Counted from the stretch's first letter, positions 1 to 10,421 are shown. The stretch: DNA of 64,000 nucleotides from Nitrospirota bacterium (GCA_963751455.1 CAVVUN010000001.1:224001-288000), one strand, 5' to 3'. Program-made: numbers and translations. The notes: a model not told the origin generated them from the letters alone.

Positions 1-667
1 GGCCATCGAGGTCCGTCGTAAGAATGCCGCTCACAACGCTTTTCAATATAAGATCCTGAAGAGTTCTCAGATCCTCCAGATCAACGCTCTTTTCCCGCAA
101 TTCCTGGCGTGTTTTCCGGAGCCGCTCGGAAAGATAGCCGCTCAGGAGCGAAATTATGTAAAAAGAGAGAATATTGATGAAGACCAGATACAACACTTGC
201 ATCGACGTGAAGGTCGTGCTCGGGACAAAACCGAGGACGTTATAATACTGCATGTCGAGCATTCCGCCGTACAGTATGCTGGCAAGCGATGCTGCGAAGT
301 AGCCGCCTGGTCGGTAAATAATGATACTCGCGGAAATGATCGTCAGATGATAGAGTATCGAAAAACTACTGTCTATCCCGCCCGTAATGCGGACCAGGAA
401 GGTGACGAGAACGATATCAACCGCTATCTGGAGATAGGCGAAAAGCGGGAGATTATTGATTTTGTCAAGCAGGTACCAGTAAATTCCGGTCAGGACGTAA
501 ACAAAAAGGACAAAATAATAGAGATAACGGGCAGGGACCTCGTATATGCGATATTCATGTTGAAAGAAAAGCAGGGTGCCGAGCAGCAGCGTAACCAGCA
601 TGGCCCTGCTCAGTATGGACCACTTCAGCCTGCCGTGATATTCTTCTTTTGAACGGTCTTGGGTCAC
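1..667 (-). CDS. pilS: PilS-like membrane sensor histidine kinase, N-terminal part (runs off window start)
   Basis: Manual minus-strand translation from GTG at 667 is open to position 1: multiple TM helices (…YLQIAVDIVLVTFLVRITGGIDSSFSILY…) then coiled coil and PAS start (…LILKSVVSGILTTDLDG). Lies directly downstream of pilC. Not in the ORF track because it lacks a stop. Confidence 0.8.
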   Translation of the reverse strand, partial: MTQDRSKEEYHGRLKWSILSRAMLVTLLLGTLLFFQHEYRIYEVPARYLYYFVLFVYVLTGIYWYLLDKINNLPLFAYLQIAVDIVLVTFLVRITGGIDSSFSILYHLTIISASIIIYRPGGYFAASLASILYGGMLDMQYYNVLGFVPSTTFTSMQVLYLVFINILSFYIISLLSGYLSERLRKTRQELREKSVDLEDLRTLQDLILKSVVSGILTTDLDG

Positions 668-674
668 CGATGGT

Positions 675-1889
675 TTAACCGCCTGCAATCGAACCCATCT
701 GGAATATGGGCATGTACATGGCAATGATAACAAAACCGACCGTCGTGCCCAGAAATATCATGAGCATCGGTTCGAGCAGAGAAGTAAGAGTGCCGACCGC
801 GGTATCGACCTCGTCGTCGTAGAAATCCGCTATCTTGGTCAGCATGTTGTCGAGCGCGCCGGTCGATTCTCCCACAGCAATCATCTGCGTAACCATGGCG
901 GGAAACACTTTGGATTTGCTCAGCGGTTCGGCAAGGGTCTTACCTTCGCTCACGCTCTGTCTCGTTGTCATAATGGCCTCTTCCACGATCTTGTTGCCGG
1001 CCGTTCGCGCCACGATTATGAGTCCCTCGAGAATGGGGACTCCGCTTGACAGGAGCGTGCCGAGGGTCCGCGTAAATTTCGCGACAGCAACTTTGCGGAT
1101 AAGATCGCCCGCAACCGGAAGTCTCAGGGCTATCCTGTCCGTTGCTTTGAGGCCAGCGTCAGTTTTTCGCCACTGTTTCAGCCCTATGATGAAACCGACA
1201 AACGAGAGCAGCGTGCTCAGCCCGCCCCAACCCTTCAGAAAGTTGCTGACTGCTACCACGATCCGGGTCGGCAGCGGCAGCGCCTGGCCGCCTTCAGCGA
1301 ACATGTTTGCGAGCATCGGCACGACGATGACGAGCAGGAGAGAAACGACCGCGACCGCAACGAACAGAATGACGGACGGATACACCATTGCCGACTTGAT
1401 CTGCTGTTTTATTTTTGCAAATTTCTCCATGTAAGCGGCAAGCCGTTGGAGAATCGTATCAAGGATACCGCCTGCCTCACCGGCTGCGACCATGTTCACA
1501 TAGAGGTTATCGAAGACTTTTGGGTGCTTTTTGAGGGCTTCGGCAAACGTGGACCCGCTTTCTACGTCCGACCGCACCTGGATGACCGTCTTTGATAGCG
1601 TGACGTTTTCCGACTGGCTGCCGAGAATATCGAGACACTGCACAAGGGGAAGACCCGCGTCGATCATCGTTGCCAGCTGCCTCGTCAGTATCACGACGTC
1701 CTTGTCAGTTACTTTCGGGGCTCCAAAGCTCAACTTGATCTCTTTGGGCTTTGCGGTTACGCTGATCGGCAGGATATTCTGTTTCCGAAGAAGCGCCATC
1801 ACCTCCTCTTTGGTGTTGGCGGAAAGCTCCCCTTTCTGGACGGCTCCCTGCCGGGTTTTCCCCTCCCAGGTAAATACTGTCGTTGCCAT
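675..1889 (-). CDS. pilC: Type IV pilus inner-membrane platform protein PilC (T2SS F family)
   Basis: RQLATMIDAGLPL, YVNMVAAGEAGGILD, MIAVGESTGALDNML motifs. Likely start MATTVFTWEG at 1889. pilB-pilT-pilC order. Confidence 0.95.
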   Translation of the reverse strand: MATTVFTWEGKTRQGAVQKGELSANTKEEVMALLRKQNILPISVTAKPKEIKLSFGAPKVTDKDVVILTRQLATMIDAGLPLVQCLDILGSQSENVTLSKTVIQVRSDVESGSTFAEALKKHPKVFDNLYVNMVAAGEAGGILDTILQRLAAYMEKFAKIKQQIKSAMVYPSVILFVAVAVVSLLLVIVVPMLANMFAEGGQALPLPTRIVVAVSNFLKGWGGLSTLLSFVGFIIGLKQWRKTDAGLKATDRIALRLPVAGDLIRKVAVAKFTRTLGTLLSSGVPILEGLIIVARTAGNKIVEEAIMTTRQSVSEGKTLAEPLSKSKVFPAMVTQMIAVGESTGALDNMLTKIADFYDDEVDTAVGTLTSLLEPMLMIFLGTTVGFVIIAMYMPIFQMGSIAGG

Positions 1890-1899
1890 GTTCACCCTC

Positions 1900-2034
1900 A
1901 CCCATGATTCCCATCTCCTTTTCTCAAAGGAGATGGTAGATAAACCCTTGATTCCCCTCTCATGTTTTTCAATGAGAAGGTACGACGGGTCTATCTTACC
2001 CTTGATCGCTCTGTCTCCCCGTAGCACAGGGAGA
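1900..2034. repeat. Three degenerate tandem hairpin (REP-like) units in the pilT-pilC spacer
   Basis: Units start ACCC(A/T)TGAT at 1900, 1944 and 1998, each followed by a hairpin (CCATCTCCTT…AAGGAGATGG; TCTCAT…ATGAGA; TCTCCC…GGGAGA). Confidence 0.55.
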
Positions 2035-2048
2035 ACCGGAATAAAGCC

Positions 2049-3152
2049 TTACCGGTATTCCTTTTGAATAACCTGGCTGCCTGCCAGTCCCGATCGTCCA
2101 AGCTGCTGAATCAGTTCTTCGGGGTTTGACGACCTTCCAATGCAGTCATCGTAGCTGATCATCTTCTTGACATACAGCTCATACAGTCCCTGATTCAGTG
2201 TCTGCATGCCGTATTTTGACTGGCCGGTCTGCATCTGCGAATAAATCTGATGGATTTTGTCCTCACGGATGAGATTCCGGATAGCGGCGTTCGGGACAAG
2301 GATTTCCATTGCAAGCACCCTGCCGCCGCCGATTTTGGGGATGAGCTGTTGCGACATGACCCCTTCAAGCACGAACGAAAGCTGCGCCCTGACCTGAGAT
2401 TGCTGGTGCGGAGAAAAAACATCGATGATACGGTTCATGGTCTGGGCCGCAGAATTGGTGTGCAGCGTCGCAAACGTCAGGTGGCCGGTTTCCGCGATGG
2501 TCAAGGCCGCTTCAATCGTCTCGAGGTCCCGCATTTCTCCGACAAGCACGACATCAGGGTCTTGCCTTAAAATATATTTCAACGCATCCTTGAAAGATTT
2601 CGTGTCCGCGTTTACCTCGCGCTGGTTGACCACGCATTTTTTATGGGGATGGAGGTACTCGATCGGATCTTCGATGGTTATGATGTGCTCCTGCCGCTCG
2701 CTGTTGATCTTGTCTATCATGGATGCAAGCGTTGTGGACTTGCCGCTGCCCGTCGGTCCCGTAACCAGCACAAGTCCCCGCGGCTTCCTGCAAAGATCAG
2801 AGACGACGTCTGGAAGGCCGAGTTCCTGGAATGTCTTTATCTTGAACGGGATGGTCCTGATCGCGGCCGCAACGGCGCCGCGCTGTACAAAGATGTTCGC
2901 CCGAAACCGGGAAAGATTCTTGACCCCGAACGAGAGATCGAGCTCGCTGTTCTCCTCGAACTTGTGCTTTTGTCCGTCAGTGAGAATACTGTAACAAAGG
3001 TCTTTGGTCTGCGTTCCGCTGAGCGGCTCCAGACCGGGGATCGCTTTCATCTTGCCGTCGATGCGAACGGAGGGGGCGATGCCGGTCGTAACGTGAAGGT
3101 CTGAAGCCCCTTTTTCTATCATATACTTGAGCAAGTCGTGCAGATTGGCCAT
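2049..3152 (-). CDS. pilT: Type IV pilus retraction ATPase PilT
   Basis: Walker A GPTGSGKST, LRQDPDVVLVGEMRD, AIRNLIRE signature. Confidence 0.96.
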   Translation of the reverse strand: MANLHDLLKYMIEKGASDLHVTTGIAPSVRIDGKMKAIPGLEPLSGTQTKDLCYSILTDGQKHKFEENSELDLSFGVKNLSRFRANIFVQRGAVAAAIRTIPFKIKTFQELGLPDVVSDLCRKPRGLVLVTGPTGSGKSTTLASMIDKINSERQEHIITIEDPIEYLHPHKKCVVNQREVNADTKSFKDALKYILRQDPDVVLVGEMRDLETIEAALTIAETGHLTFATLHTNSAAQTMNRIIDVFSPHQQSQVRAQLSFVLEGVMSQQLIPKIGGGRVLAMEILVPNAAIRNLIREDKIHQIYSQMQTGQSKYGMQTLNQGLYELYVKKMISYDDCIGRSSNPEELIQQLGRSGLAGSQVIQKEYR

Positions 3153-3193
3153 ATAAACCTCTTGTTCAGCTTGATTTTACGTCTTTTCGAGAC

Positions 3194-5038
3194 TTAACTC
3201 TCCTGGTTGTCCGGGAACGTATTCTCAACGACTTCCTCCAGCGAGGTGAGTCCGGCTTTCACCTTGAGCAGTCCGCTCATACGGAGCGTCCTCATGCCTC
3301 CGGCGATCGCTTGCTTTTTTATGTCGAATACGGACGCCCCTTGCAGGATCAGTTCCTTGATCTCATCCTTGATCGGCATCACCTCGTAGAGCGCCACCCT
3401 TCCCTTGTACCCTGTTTTGTTGCATACGTCGCAGCCGGTCCCCTTGTTGCTCACGATCGTGGGGGCTTCCTCCGGTGAAAATCCTGCCTCGATAAAGATC
3501 TCGGGCGGAATTTTCTCCGGTTTCTTGCAGTTCTGGCAGGCCTTCCGGACCAGCCTCTGGGCGACAATGAGAATGACTGCCGAGGACACGAGAAAAGGCT
3601 CCACGCCCATGTTCAGCATGCGGTTGATGGTGCTGGGCGCATCGTTCGTATGGAGAGTGGTGAGCACCAGGTGTCCGGTAAGAGCCGCCTTGACGCCGAT
3701 TTCAGCCGTCTCATAGTCGCGTGTTTCTCCCACCATGATGATATCCGGGTCCTGCCGCAGAAAGGACCGCAGGGCCGCAGCAAAGTTTAGACCGATGTCG
3801 TCTTTCATCTGGACCTGGTTGATGCCCATCAGGTTGAATTCGACAGGATCTTCAGCCGTCATGATGTTTTCGGAATCCGTGTTCAGTTCACTGAGGGCCG
3901 AGTAAAGGGTCGTCGTCTTTCCGCTTCCGGTAGGACCGGTCACGAGCACCATGCCGTACGGCCTGTTGAGCGCATCTTTAAAGTCTTTCAGCTGGTCTTC
4001 ATCGAACCCCAGCTTGGTCATGTCCAGCTGCAGGTTAGATTTATCGAGCAGACGCATGACAATCTTTTCCCCGAACAGGCAGGGCAGCACCGAAACGCGG
4101 AAGTCCATGACCTTATTTTTGCTCATCTTGAGCTTGATTCTGCCGTCCTGCGGAAGCCTCCGCTCGGCAATATCGAGCGAGGCCATGATCTTGATGCGGG
4201 AAATGATTGCGTTTCTGATCTTGAGCGGAAGCCCCATCACCGTATTCAGAACGCCGTCGAGCCGGTACCTGACCCTGAATTTTTTTTCATAGGGCTCGAC
4301 ATGGATATCGCTGACGCCCATGGTAGCGGCCCGCAGCAGGATCCCGTTTACAAGTTTGACGATGGGCGCCTCTACTTCGGCTGAAAGCTGGTCAAGGCCC
4401 TGGTCCTCTACCACTTCCAGATTATCCACGGCGCCGTGGACCAGGTTATCGAAGTCCTCGACGTCAACGACGCCGCCGGTGTCGATATCGTCGATCACGG
4501 ATTCCTCATCCTTTGATTCATCGAGAGCATAATCCTTGGCGTCCAGCGTGATCTTTTTTTCTTCCTTGGCAGATGCTCCTGTTCCGCCCTTTGACGAAGC
4601 AAGCCCCTTCGCGCCGTAATATTTTTTTATTGCATCGATAATCGCGCCTTCGGTCGCGACTACGGCTTCGACATTGTAGCCTGTCATGAATTTGATATCA
4701 TCGATTGCAAAAATATTCGAGGGGTCCACCATCGCGATCGTAATCGTTGCGCCCGCACGATTAATAGGCATGATCCGGTATTTCTGCGCAACGTCAGCCG
4801 GGATATGTTTGACAACGGCCTGATTGATTTCGAACTTGCTGAGGTCGACATACGGAACACCATACTGCTTGCTCAGAAACGTCATGAGCTTGTCTTCCTG
4901 TACGAACCCGAGTTTTACCAGCGTTGATCCAAGCCGGCCGCCCTCGGTTTTCTGTGCAGTAAGCGCTTTTTTCAGCTGGTCTTCCGTTATAAGACCCGAC
5001 GATACAAGCATTGCGCCGAGCCTTCCCGACATTGCCAT
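3194..5038 (-). CDS. pilB: Type IV pilus assembly ATPase PilB
   Basis: N-terminal MshEN-like RLGAMLV…GRLG, Walker A GPTGSGKTT, RQDPDIIMVGE, tetracysteine motif CQNC…CDVC. Confidence 0.96.
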   Translation of the reverse strand: MAMSGRLGAMLVSSGLITEDQLKKALTAQKTEGGRLGSTLVKLGFVQEDKLMTFLSKQYGVPYVDLSKFEINQAVVKHIPADVAQKYRIMPINRAGATITIAMVDPSNIFAIDDIKFMTGYNVEAVVATEGAIIDAIKKYYGAKGLASSKGGTGASAKEEKKITLDAKDYALDESKDEESVIDDIDTGGVVDVEDFDNLVHGAVDNLEVVEDQGLDQLSAEVEAPIVKLVNGILLRAATMGVSDIHVEPYEKKFRVRYRLDGVLNTVMGLPLKIRNAIISRIKIMASLDIAERRLPQDGRIKLKMSKNKVMDFRVSVLPCLFGEKIVMRLLDKSNLQLDMTKLGFDEDQLKDFKDALNRPYGMVLVTGPTGSGKTTTLYSALSELNTDSENIMTAEDPVEFNLMGINQVQMKDDIGLNFAAALRSFLRQDPDIIMVGETRDYETAEIGVKAALTGHLVLTTLHTNDAPSTINRMLNMGVEPFLVSSAVILIVAQRLVRKACQNCKKPEKIPPEIFIEAGFSPEEAPTIVSNKGTGCDVCNKTGYKGRVALYEVMPIKDEIKELILQGASVFDIKKQAIAGGMRTLRMSGLLKVKAGLTSLEEVVENTFPDNQES

Positions 5039-5148
5039 GAGGGAACTCCTTGAAAAGAAAGTGCTATAATAGACGAGAAATTGTAAAGTAATATTACTTT
5101 AATAGGAGAGGTATGTCAAGAAGAGACCTGATACTTTTATCTTCCTTG

Positions 5149-5998
5149 TCACTTTCGCATCTGTAACGTCAGGGCGTTTTTCATAATCGCTACCGGCGCT
5201 TTTTCCCCGGTCCATATTTCAAAGGCGATTACGCCCTGATACAGGAGCATGCCGATGCCGGCAAGTGTTTTCGCCTTCCGCATGCGTGCGGTCTTCAGGA
5301 ACCGCGTCTCGGGGGGATTGTATACCAGATCGCATACGAGGTGGCGCCCGTGAATAAGATTGCCGGCCAACGGGAGCGGATCTCCCCTCTTTAATCCAAG
5401 CGGAGTTGCGTTGATAAGACAGTCCGCAGCAGATGCGCAAGCCTGCGAGGGCATCGTGCTTTATGGCCGTTGCTTCAACTCCTGTTTTTTCCGTGATTTC
5501 CCGCGAAAGGATGCCCGCTTTTTGCATATCTACATCGTAATAAATAATTCTGCCTGCGCCGGCAAGGCAAAGACTGAATCCCACTGCCCGGGCTGCCCCG
5601 CCCGAGCCGATGAAGAGGAACGTCTTCCCCCTCGGATCAAATTTTGCCTGCTCGCGCAGTGAGCGGAGAAAACCTCTGCCGTCCGTATTGTGCCCTATTA
5701 ATCGGCCTTCCGTTATCTGTATCGTATTAACCGCTCCTATCAGTTTCGCTTCCTGGGACAGCTCGTCCAGAAACGGAATCACCTTTTCTTTATGAGGCAC
5801 AGTAACATTCAGGCCGTGCAGCCCGAGCGCGCCTATTGCCTTCGCAGCCTCGGGAAGACGGTCTGGATGAACGGCGAATGGAACGTAGCACGCGTCCAGA
5901 CCCAGTTTTTTGAATGCGGCATTGTGCATGCCGGGCGAAAAAGTATGTTCGACCGGATAGCCGAAGATTCCGTAAATATTCGTTTTTCCCGATATCAT
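5149..5998 (-). CDS. aroE: Shikimate dehydrogenase (apparent +1 frameshift near 5443, probably sequencing error)
   Basis: N-part GYPVEHTFSP…NVTVPHK…GAVNT…NTDG…GSGGAAR; C-part INATPLG…DLVYNP…GIGMLLYQG in another frame. Removing one base joins them. Confidence 0.88.
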
Positions 5999-7292
5999 GG
6001 TATATCCTTGCCTCCTTTTGCCAAAACAGCGACGAGTTCCGCAAATCCTTCAGCCGCCAAAATCTTTACGCCGAGCCTCTGCTCCAGGCCCGCAAGATGC
6101 ATACCGTCGAGGAAGAGGTCCTCGTCCTCTTTGAGCGCGTTCGACGGAACCACTACGATATCACCGGACCTTTTTCCGCTCAGCGCGCGCAGAATGTCTC
6201 CGCCGGTCAGTAACCCGCTTACCGTAACGGACGGTCCGAAAAACCTGTTCTCAGCGGTAACAAGGCGCACGCTCACGCCATCTATTGATTGAAGCTTTGG
6301 CAACAGCCCCCGCAATACGCCACTGAAAGGAAACACCGGTAACGATGGTTGCTCTGACAGGGTGCACCCTTTTCGGGAGTCGCGTACGGGAAACTTCTTT
6401 CATGAATGACGCAATCATGCCTACTCCGTTCTCGATCTGAGGAAAATCTTCATAGGCGGAAAATGACGGGAAAGGCTGGCCGGCCTTGATGTAAAATTCG
6501 TCGGAAGCAAATACAAGCCGCGTTCCATACCGGCGCTTGAATATGGTTTGCATGGGCTCGACAAGTTTAAGCACGGCGCGGGCTTCTTTCTTCGAAAATG
6601 TTTTTATCGGGAACAGTGCCTTCCCGGAACCCTGTTACGCCGACCGGCACAATTGCGATTGAGGAGACCGAGGGGAAAAGGCCTGAGAGGTCATTCAGGG
6701 TTTTTACAAGATGTTCGCCGTCGTTTATCCCCGGGCACAATACGATTTGAGCGTGAATCCTGATTCCTCCGGAAGCAAGACGTTTCAGGCTTGCGAGTAT
6801 ATCGGGAGCTTTTTTATTCCGGAGCATGGATGAACGGAGTTCGTGATTGGTGGTATGAACCGAAATATACAGCGGGCTCAATCTCTGCGTGAAGATGCGC
6901 TTCCAGTCCGGATCGGAGAGTGCTCCGAGCGTTATGAAATTTCCGTACAGGAAAGAGGCCCGGAAATCATCGTCTTTGACATACAGTGTTTTACGGCAGC
7001 CGGGCGGCATCTGATCGACGAAACAAAAGATGCATTTGTTGCGACAGCGTTTGACTGCAATCGGCGCAAATTCGAGTCCCAGTGAATCGTCTGGCTCTTT
7101 ACTGACGCGGATCGACCGAATACCGCCGCGTTTTTTTTTGACTGTCAGAGTAACGCGGTCGTACGCTGCGAAAAACCTGAAATCGATGACATCGTGGATG
7201 GCATTTCCATTGATCGAAACAAGGATATCGCCCCTGCCCAGACCCAGTTCCGAGGCCGAACTGCCGGGAGGGACGTTGAGAATCTCAAGCAA
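5995..7292 (-). CDS. PDZ + DUF512 radical-SAM-like Fe-S protein (two apparent +1 frameshifts near 6620 and 6328)
   Basis: PDZ-like N-terminus, CRNKCIFC motif, LYVKDDDFRASF, FPQIENGVG, FFGPSVTVSGLLTG across ORFs 6567-7292, 6251-6574 and 5995-6336. Confidence 0.8.
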
Positions 7293-7727
7293 TCACACGC
7301 TCCTCTTCGAGGCAAACATATAGTCGACATATCCGATGATCTGCGTCTTCGCTTCTTCGGAAACCTGGCGAAATTTTCTCAGCATCTGCAGCTCCTCGGC
7401 GCTCATGATTTTTTCAAGGTAATTGCATTGTTCTTCGGAAAGCGGGAACTTGCGTTTCCCCCGTCTGAACTTTGCCTGCGAAGGAGACAGAAAAAAGCCC
7501 TTGACCTCGGCGGGGACCTTCTCCTGGTGGGCGGTAAGAATCAGGACCGATTTGTCCAGGTTCAGTTTCTGCGCGACCATGATAAGGGTCTTGTCCTTCG
7601 GAATGTGCCCTTTATTGATGGTGACCCGCAGGAGTTCCGGGCTGATTCCCAGGACCTTCGACGCGTCTTTCAGATTTCTGAATCCTTTCTTTTCGAGTGC
7701 CTGCCTGATCATATCGGATATTTTCAT
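7293..7727 (-). CDS. XRE-like helix-turn-helix protein
   Basis: N-terminal HTH-like segment (LKDASKVLGISPELL…LIMVAQKLNLD). Abuts the DUF512 gene start. Confidence 0.6.
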   Translation of the reverse strand: MKISDMIRQALEKKGFRNLKDASKVLGISPELLRVTINKGHIPKDKTLIMVAQKLNLDKSVLILTAHQEKVPAEVKGFFLSPSQAKFRRGKRKFPLSEEQCNYLEKIMSAEELQMLRKFRQVSEEAKTQIIGYVDYMFASKRSV

Positions 7728-7795
7728 TTTATCCCCCCCTGCCGTGCATATGAGATTCGTTCAAGAGTTTCTATCGATGTTGAACATCGACTCCA

Positions 7796-8341
7796 TCAGG
7801 AACCCACTATTTTCATTCCCCTCAGAATATATTGTACGCCTGACGCGATTGTGACGCCTGCCGTGGTCCAGTAGAGAATAGCCAACAACCCCAATTCCGT
7901 TCCATAGTTCATCAAGATGAGGGAAAGCGTTACGGTAGTCAACTGGAGCACGGTAGTTACCTTGCCGATTATCGTCGGCTGAATCTTCAGATTGTGCGTC
8001 GTAAGATAAATGATCAGACTTCCCATGACCAGGATAGCGTCTCTGCTTACGACGATGGTAACCAGCCAGAACGGCAGTTTGCGAAGAATGACGAGCGTTA
8101 CAAAGGCCGAAAGAATCAGCAATTTGTCGGCCATGGGGTCGAGAAACGCCCCGAGTTCGGTCTTTTTCTTCATCATTCGCGCGAACATGCCGTCGAGCGC
8201 ATCGGAGAGGCACGCGATAACAAAAACCAGAAGCGCTTCCCGATAGTATTCATAGATCATGAGATCTATAAAAAACGGAATCAGGATCACCCTGATAAGA
8301 GTGATAAAGTTCGGCAGGTTCAACGGCGCCCTCTTGGCCAA
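7796..8341 (-). CDS. pgsA: CDP-alcohol phosphatidyltransferase (PgsA family)
   Basis: NLPNFITLIR and SDALDGMFAR…GAFLDPMADK signature. Confidence 0.85.
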   Translation of the reverse strand: MAKRAPLNLPNFITLIRVILIPFFIDLMIYEYYREALLVFVIACLSDALDGMFARMMKKKTELGAFLDPMADKLLILSAFVTLVILRKLPFWLVTIVVSRDAILVMGSLIIYLTTHNLKIQPTIIGKVTTVLQLTTVTLSLILMNYGTELGLLAILYWTTAGVTIASGVQYILRGMKIVGS

Positions 8342-8478
8342 AACAAAAATATGAATATTTATAACATATTTATTTGTGTTGTCAACCTTTTTCTTTTTGT
8401 TTTTTGGTTTATCCGTTCGAGCTTCGTGCGAGGAAAGAGCTTCAGCGCAGATGATTCATGAAGAACTACAGGTTCGAG

Positions 8479-8526
8479 TGGAGCCGGCGAGTGGGATTGA
8501 ACCACCGACCTGCTGATTACGAATCA
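8479..8526 (-). repeat. att site: exact 48-bp duplicate of the 3' end of tRNA-Thr(CGT)
   Basis: TGGAGCCGGCGAGTGGGATTGAACCACCGACCTGCTGATTACGAATCA is identical to 11148-11195. Confidence 0.95.
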
Positions 8527-8837
8527 TTGCGACAAACAGAAGAGAACGTGCATGGATACTGCTCAAAATTCAATATTGTATGTAGTGGATGTCACCACAT
8601 CTGCTCTATGCGCGGCGGATATTAACATAGCCTTTCGCAGTCGTCAAGCGTTTTCGTTAGTGACTCAGTTTAATTAAATGTGAGCGACCGAAATTGATGC
8701 CAATCATCATCCGATGCCCGATGCTTTACTTCCGCATATTAACTCGCTCATATTATCGTAAGGTTTCAAGCACTCATTTTTCTTCTGTCGAGCGGAAAGA
8801 GATTACTGAGAAAGCGGCTAAAGCAATATGGAAAAAA

Positions 8838-9500
8838 TTAACTCCCTAATATTTCTTCTAGTTTCTCAAGTAACTTAACATGCTTGTCTGTTTGCAAGGC
8901 AGCGGCAGAATAATATCTTTTTTCTGAAAATGGTGTATTACTGGCTCTTTCCAGTGTAAACGGAACAGGGTTGACTGGGTGTGTTTGATCTGGCCAGAAA
9001 GAAATCCCGCCAACTTCATAATTAACCTTCCCATGACCTTCTACGTTTTCATTAAGATAAGATGATATTTCTTTTACCTTAGGGTTGATTAACTCTAATG
9101 ATTTTTCTGTACTAATATAGATTTGACTATGGTACAGCCTTGCCCTAAGTATTTGCTTATAATTTGGCACATTTACATGTTCTGAAATGCGATTAAAAGC
9201 ATCTACTAAAAAGGAATCTGAGTCGTTAGTAGAAGAACGAGTATCCGCCACAATGCCATCATTATAAATTGTAAAGGATATGCTAATGGGTTTCCCTTCA
9301 CTATTTATAAATTCACCCTTTTCAAATTTAACTCCCTTTACATCATCTAAGTCGTCTTTGCTGGTAGGGTAATTTGAAAATTTATAAGTGCCCACCAATA
9401 AGGGGATAAGAATTGGATATAGATTTAAACCTTTTGGGTTTAAATCAACACTAGGGAAAAGCCACACTGTTCTTGCAAGATTAATAGATAACATTTTCAT
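8838..9500 (-). CDS. Hypothetical protein (about 220 aa), third gene of the TA operon; possible chaperone or defence accessory
   Basis: ATG at 9500 overlaps the antitoxin TGA (ATGA), with GGAGG RBS upstream. No recognisable catalytic motif. Confidence 0.7.
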   Translation of the reverse strand: MKMLSINLARTVWLFPSVDLNPKGLNLYPILIPLLVGTYKFSNYPTSKDDLDDVKGVKFEKGEFINSEGKPISISFTIYNDGIVADTRSSTNDSDSFLVDAFNRISEHVNVPNYKQILRARLYHSQIYISTEKSLELINPKVKEISSYLNENVEGHGKVNYEVGGISFWPDQTHPVNPVPFTLERASNTPFSEKRYYSAAALQTDKHVKLLEKLEEILGS

Positions 9501-10057
9501 GCTCGCGCTCCTCCCGTTTTTGTTTCTTTTGATGGTTGTCCTGATATAAGAAGATTGGAAATAGCGGATTCTGCCTTTTTTCTTCTCCACTCCGATAAAT
9601 CAGGTATGCCTATTCCGTAGTTTTGCTTTAATCCTCCTTGAATATTTGATTTTATTTCTAACCCAGCTTCTGCTTTTTTTTCTTTGAAATATGGTTCATC
9701 TTTAAAGCTCAAAACCTTCAACGATTCAGAAGATAAATTTAAGTCCCATTCTACTAATTCACTTATAGGAACAAACCTAACTACAATGCCTATATCAAAC
9801 GCAGAAGCCAATTTTTTTAAAGTAACAATTGTGAACTTCCCATAATCAGGATCTTCAAGAACAGATATTCTTTCTTGAAGCATTCCAGCTCTTTTCCCTA
9901 ATTCCTGTTGAGACCATTTTCTTTCTTCCTGTTCTCTTAGCGCTCTAATTTGAAATGGTATACCTGTCGCAATGTGTTCTGATACAAACGCATCTCTATA
10001 TTCTTTATTTTTCAATCTCGCTATTAATTTTTCTTTTCTTTTATCAAATAAAGTCAT
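9497..10057 (-). CDS. HigA-like XRE/HTH antitoxin with long C-terminal extension
   Basis: QIRALRE…WSQQELGKRAGMLQERISVLEDP…LKKLASAFD HTH motif. Start MTLFDK overlaps the toxin end. Tail of about 60 aa after the HTH domain. Confidence 0.82.
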   Translation of the reverse strand: MTLFDKRKEKLIARLKNKEYRDAFVSEHIATGIPFQIRALREQEERKWSQQELGKRAGMLQERISVLEDPDYGKFTIVTLKKLASAFDIGIVVRFVPISELVEWDLNLSSESLKVLSFKDEPYFKEKKAEAGLEIKSNIQGGLKQNYGIGIPDLSEWRRKKAESAISNLLISGQPSKETKTGGARA

Positions 10058-10421
10058 CGGTGTAACTCCCATCCTCTAAAATTAATTTTCTTCTTTGTTG
10101 TGCAATTGTGGGCGCGGATGCAGGATTAAATTTGCTTCCTATTTCTTTTGATCCTATCAGTAAGGTAAATTCTTTTTCTCTAGGGCCAAAGCAGCCTAAT
10201 AGGCGATATTGAATATTCTGAAGGATCACTCGTATTTCATGAATACCTTCATAACCATGCAATATGTCAAAATAGGGTCTTACCCATTGGGGCGTAATTG
10301 CTAAATAATTAATTCGTTCGTCGATTTTTACTTGGGCTTTTGTTGGCAGACCTTCAAGCCACTCTTCTATAACGTTAGTGGTTTTGTCTTTGAGAAAAAC
10401 TTTGAAGGCCCATATCTTCAT
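10044..10421 (-). CDS. RelE/HigB (Gp49-like) type II toxin
   Basis: 125 aa with NVIEEWLEGLP…GIHEIRV…QYRLLGCF…FTLLIG pattern typical of the Gp49/RelE-like family. Upstream of an HTH gene (HigBA order). Confidence 0.8.
   Translation of the reverse strand: MKIWAFKVFLKDKTTNVIEEWLEGLPTKAQVKIDERINYLAITPQWVRPYFDILHGYEGIHEIRVILQNIQYRLLGCFGPREKEFTLLIGSKEIGSKFNPASAPTIAQQRRKLILEDGSYTDDFI

Noticed and set aside
197-652. 151-aa plus-strand ORF
   Set aside because: Antisense to the pilS-like gene, which has a coherent sensor-kinase sequence.
8479-8526. Second tRNA-Thr gene
   Set aside because: Only the 3' 48 nt are present, with no 5' acceptor strand or D arm. It is an att duplication.
8527-8837. Coding remnant or ncRNA at the left end of the islet
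   Set aside because: No ORF or recognisable structure found by eye. Left unexplained.
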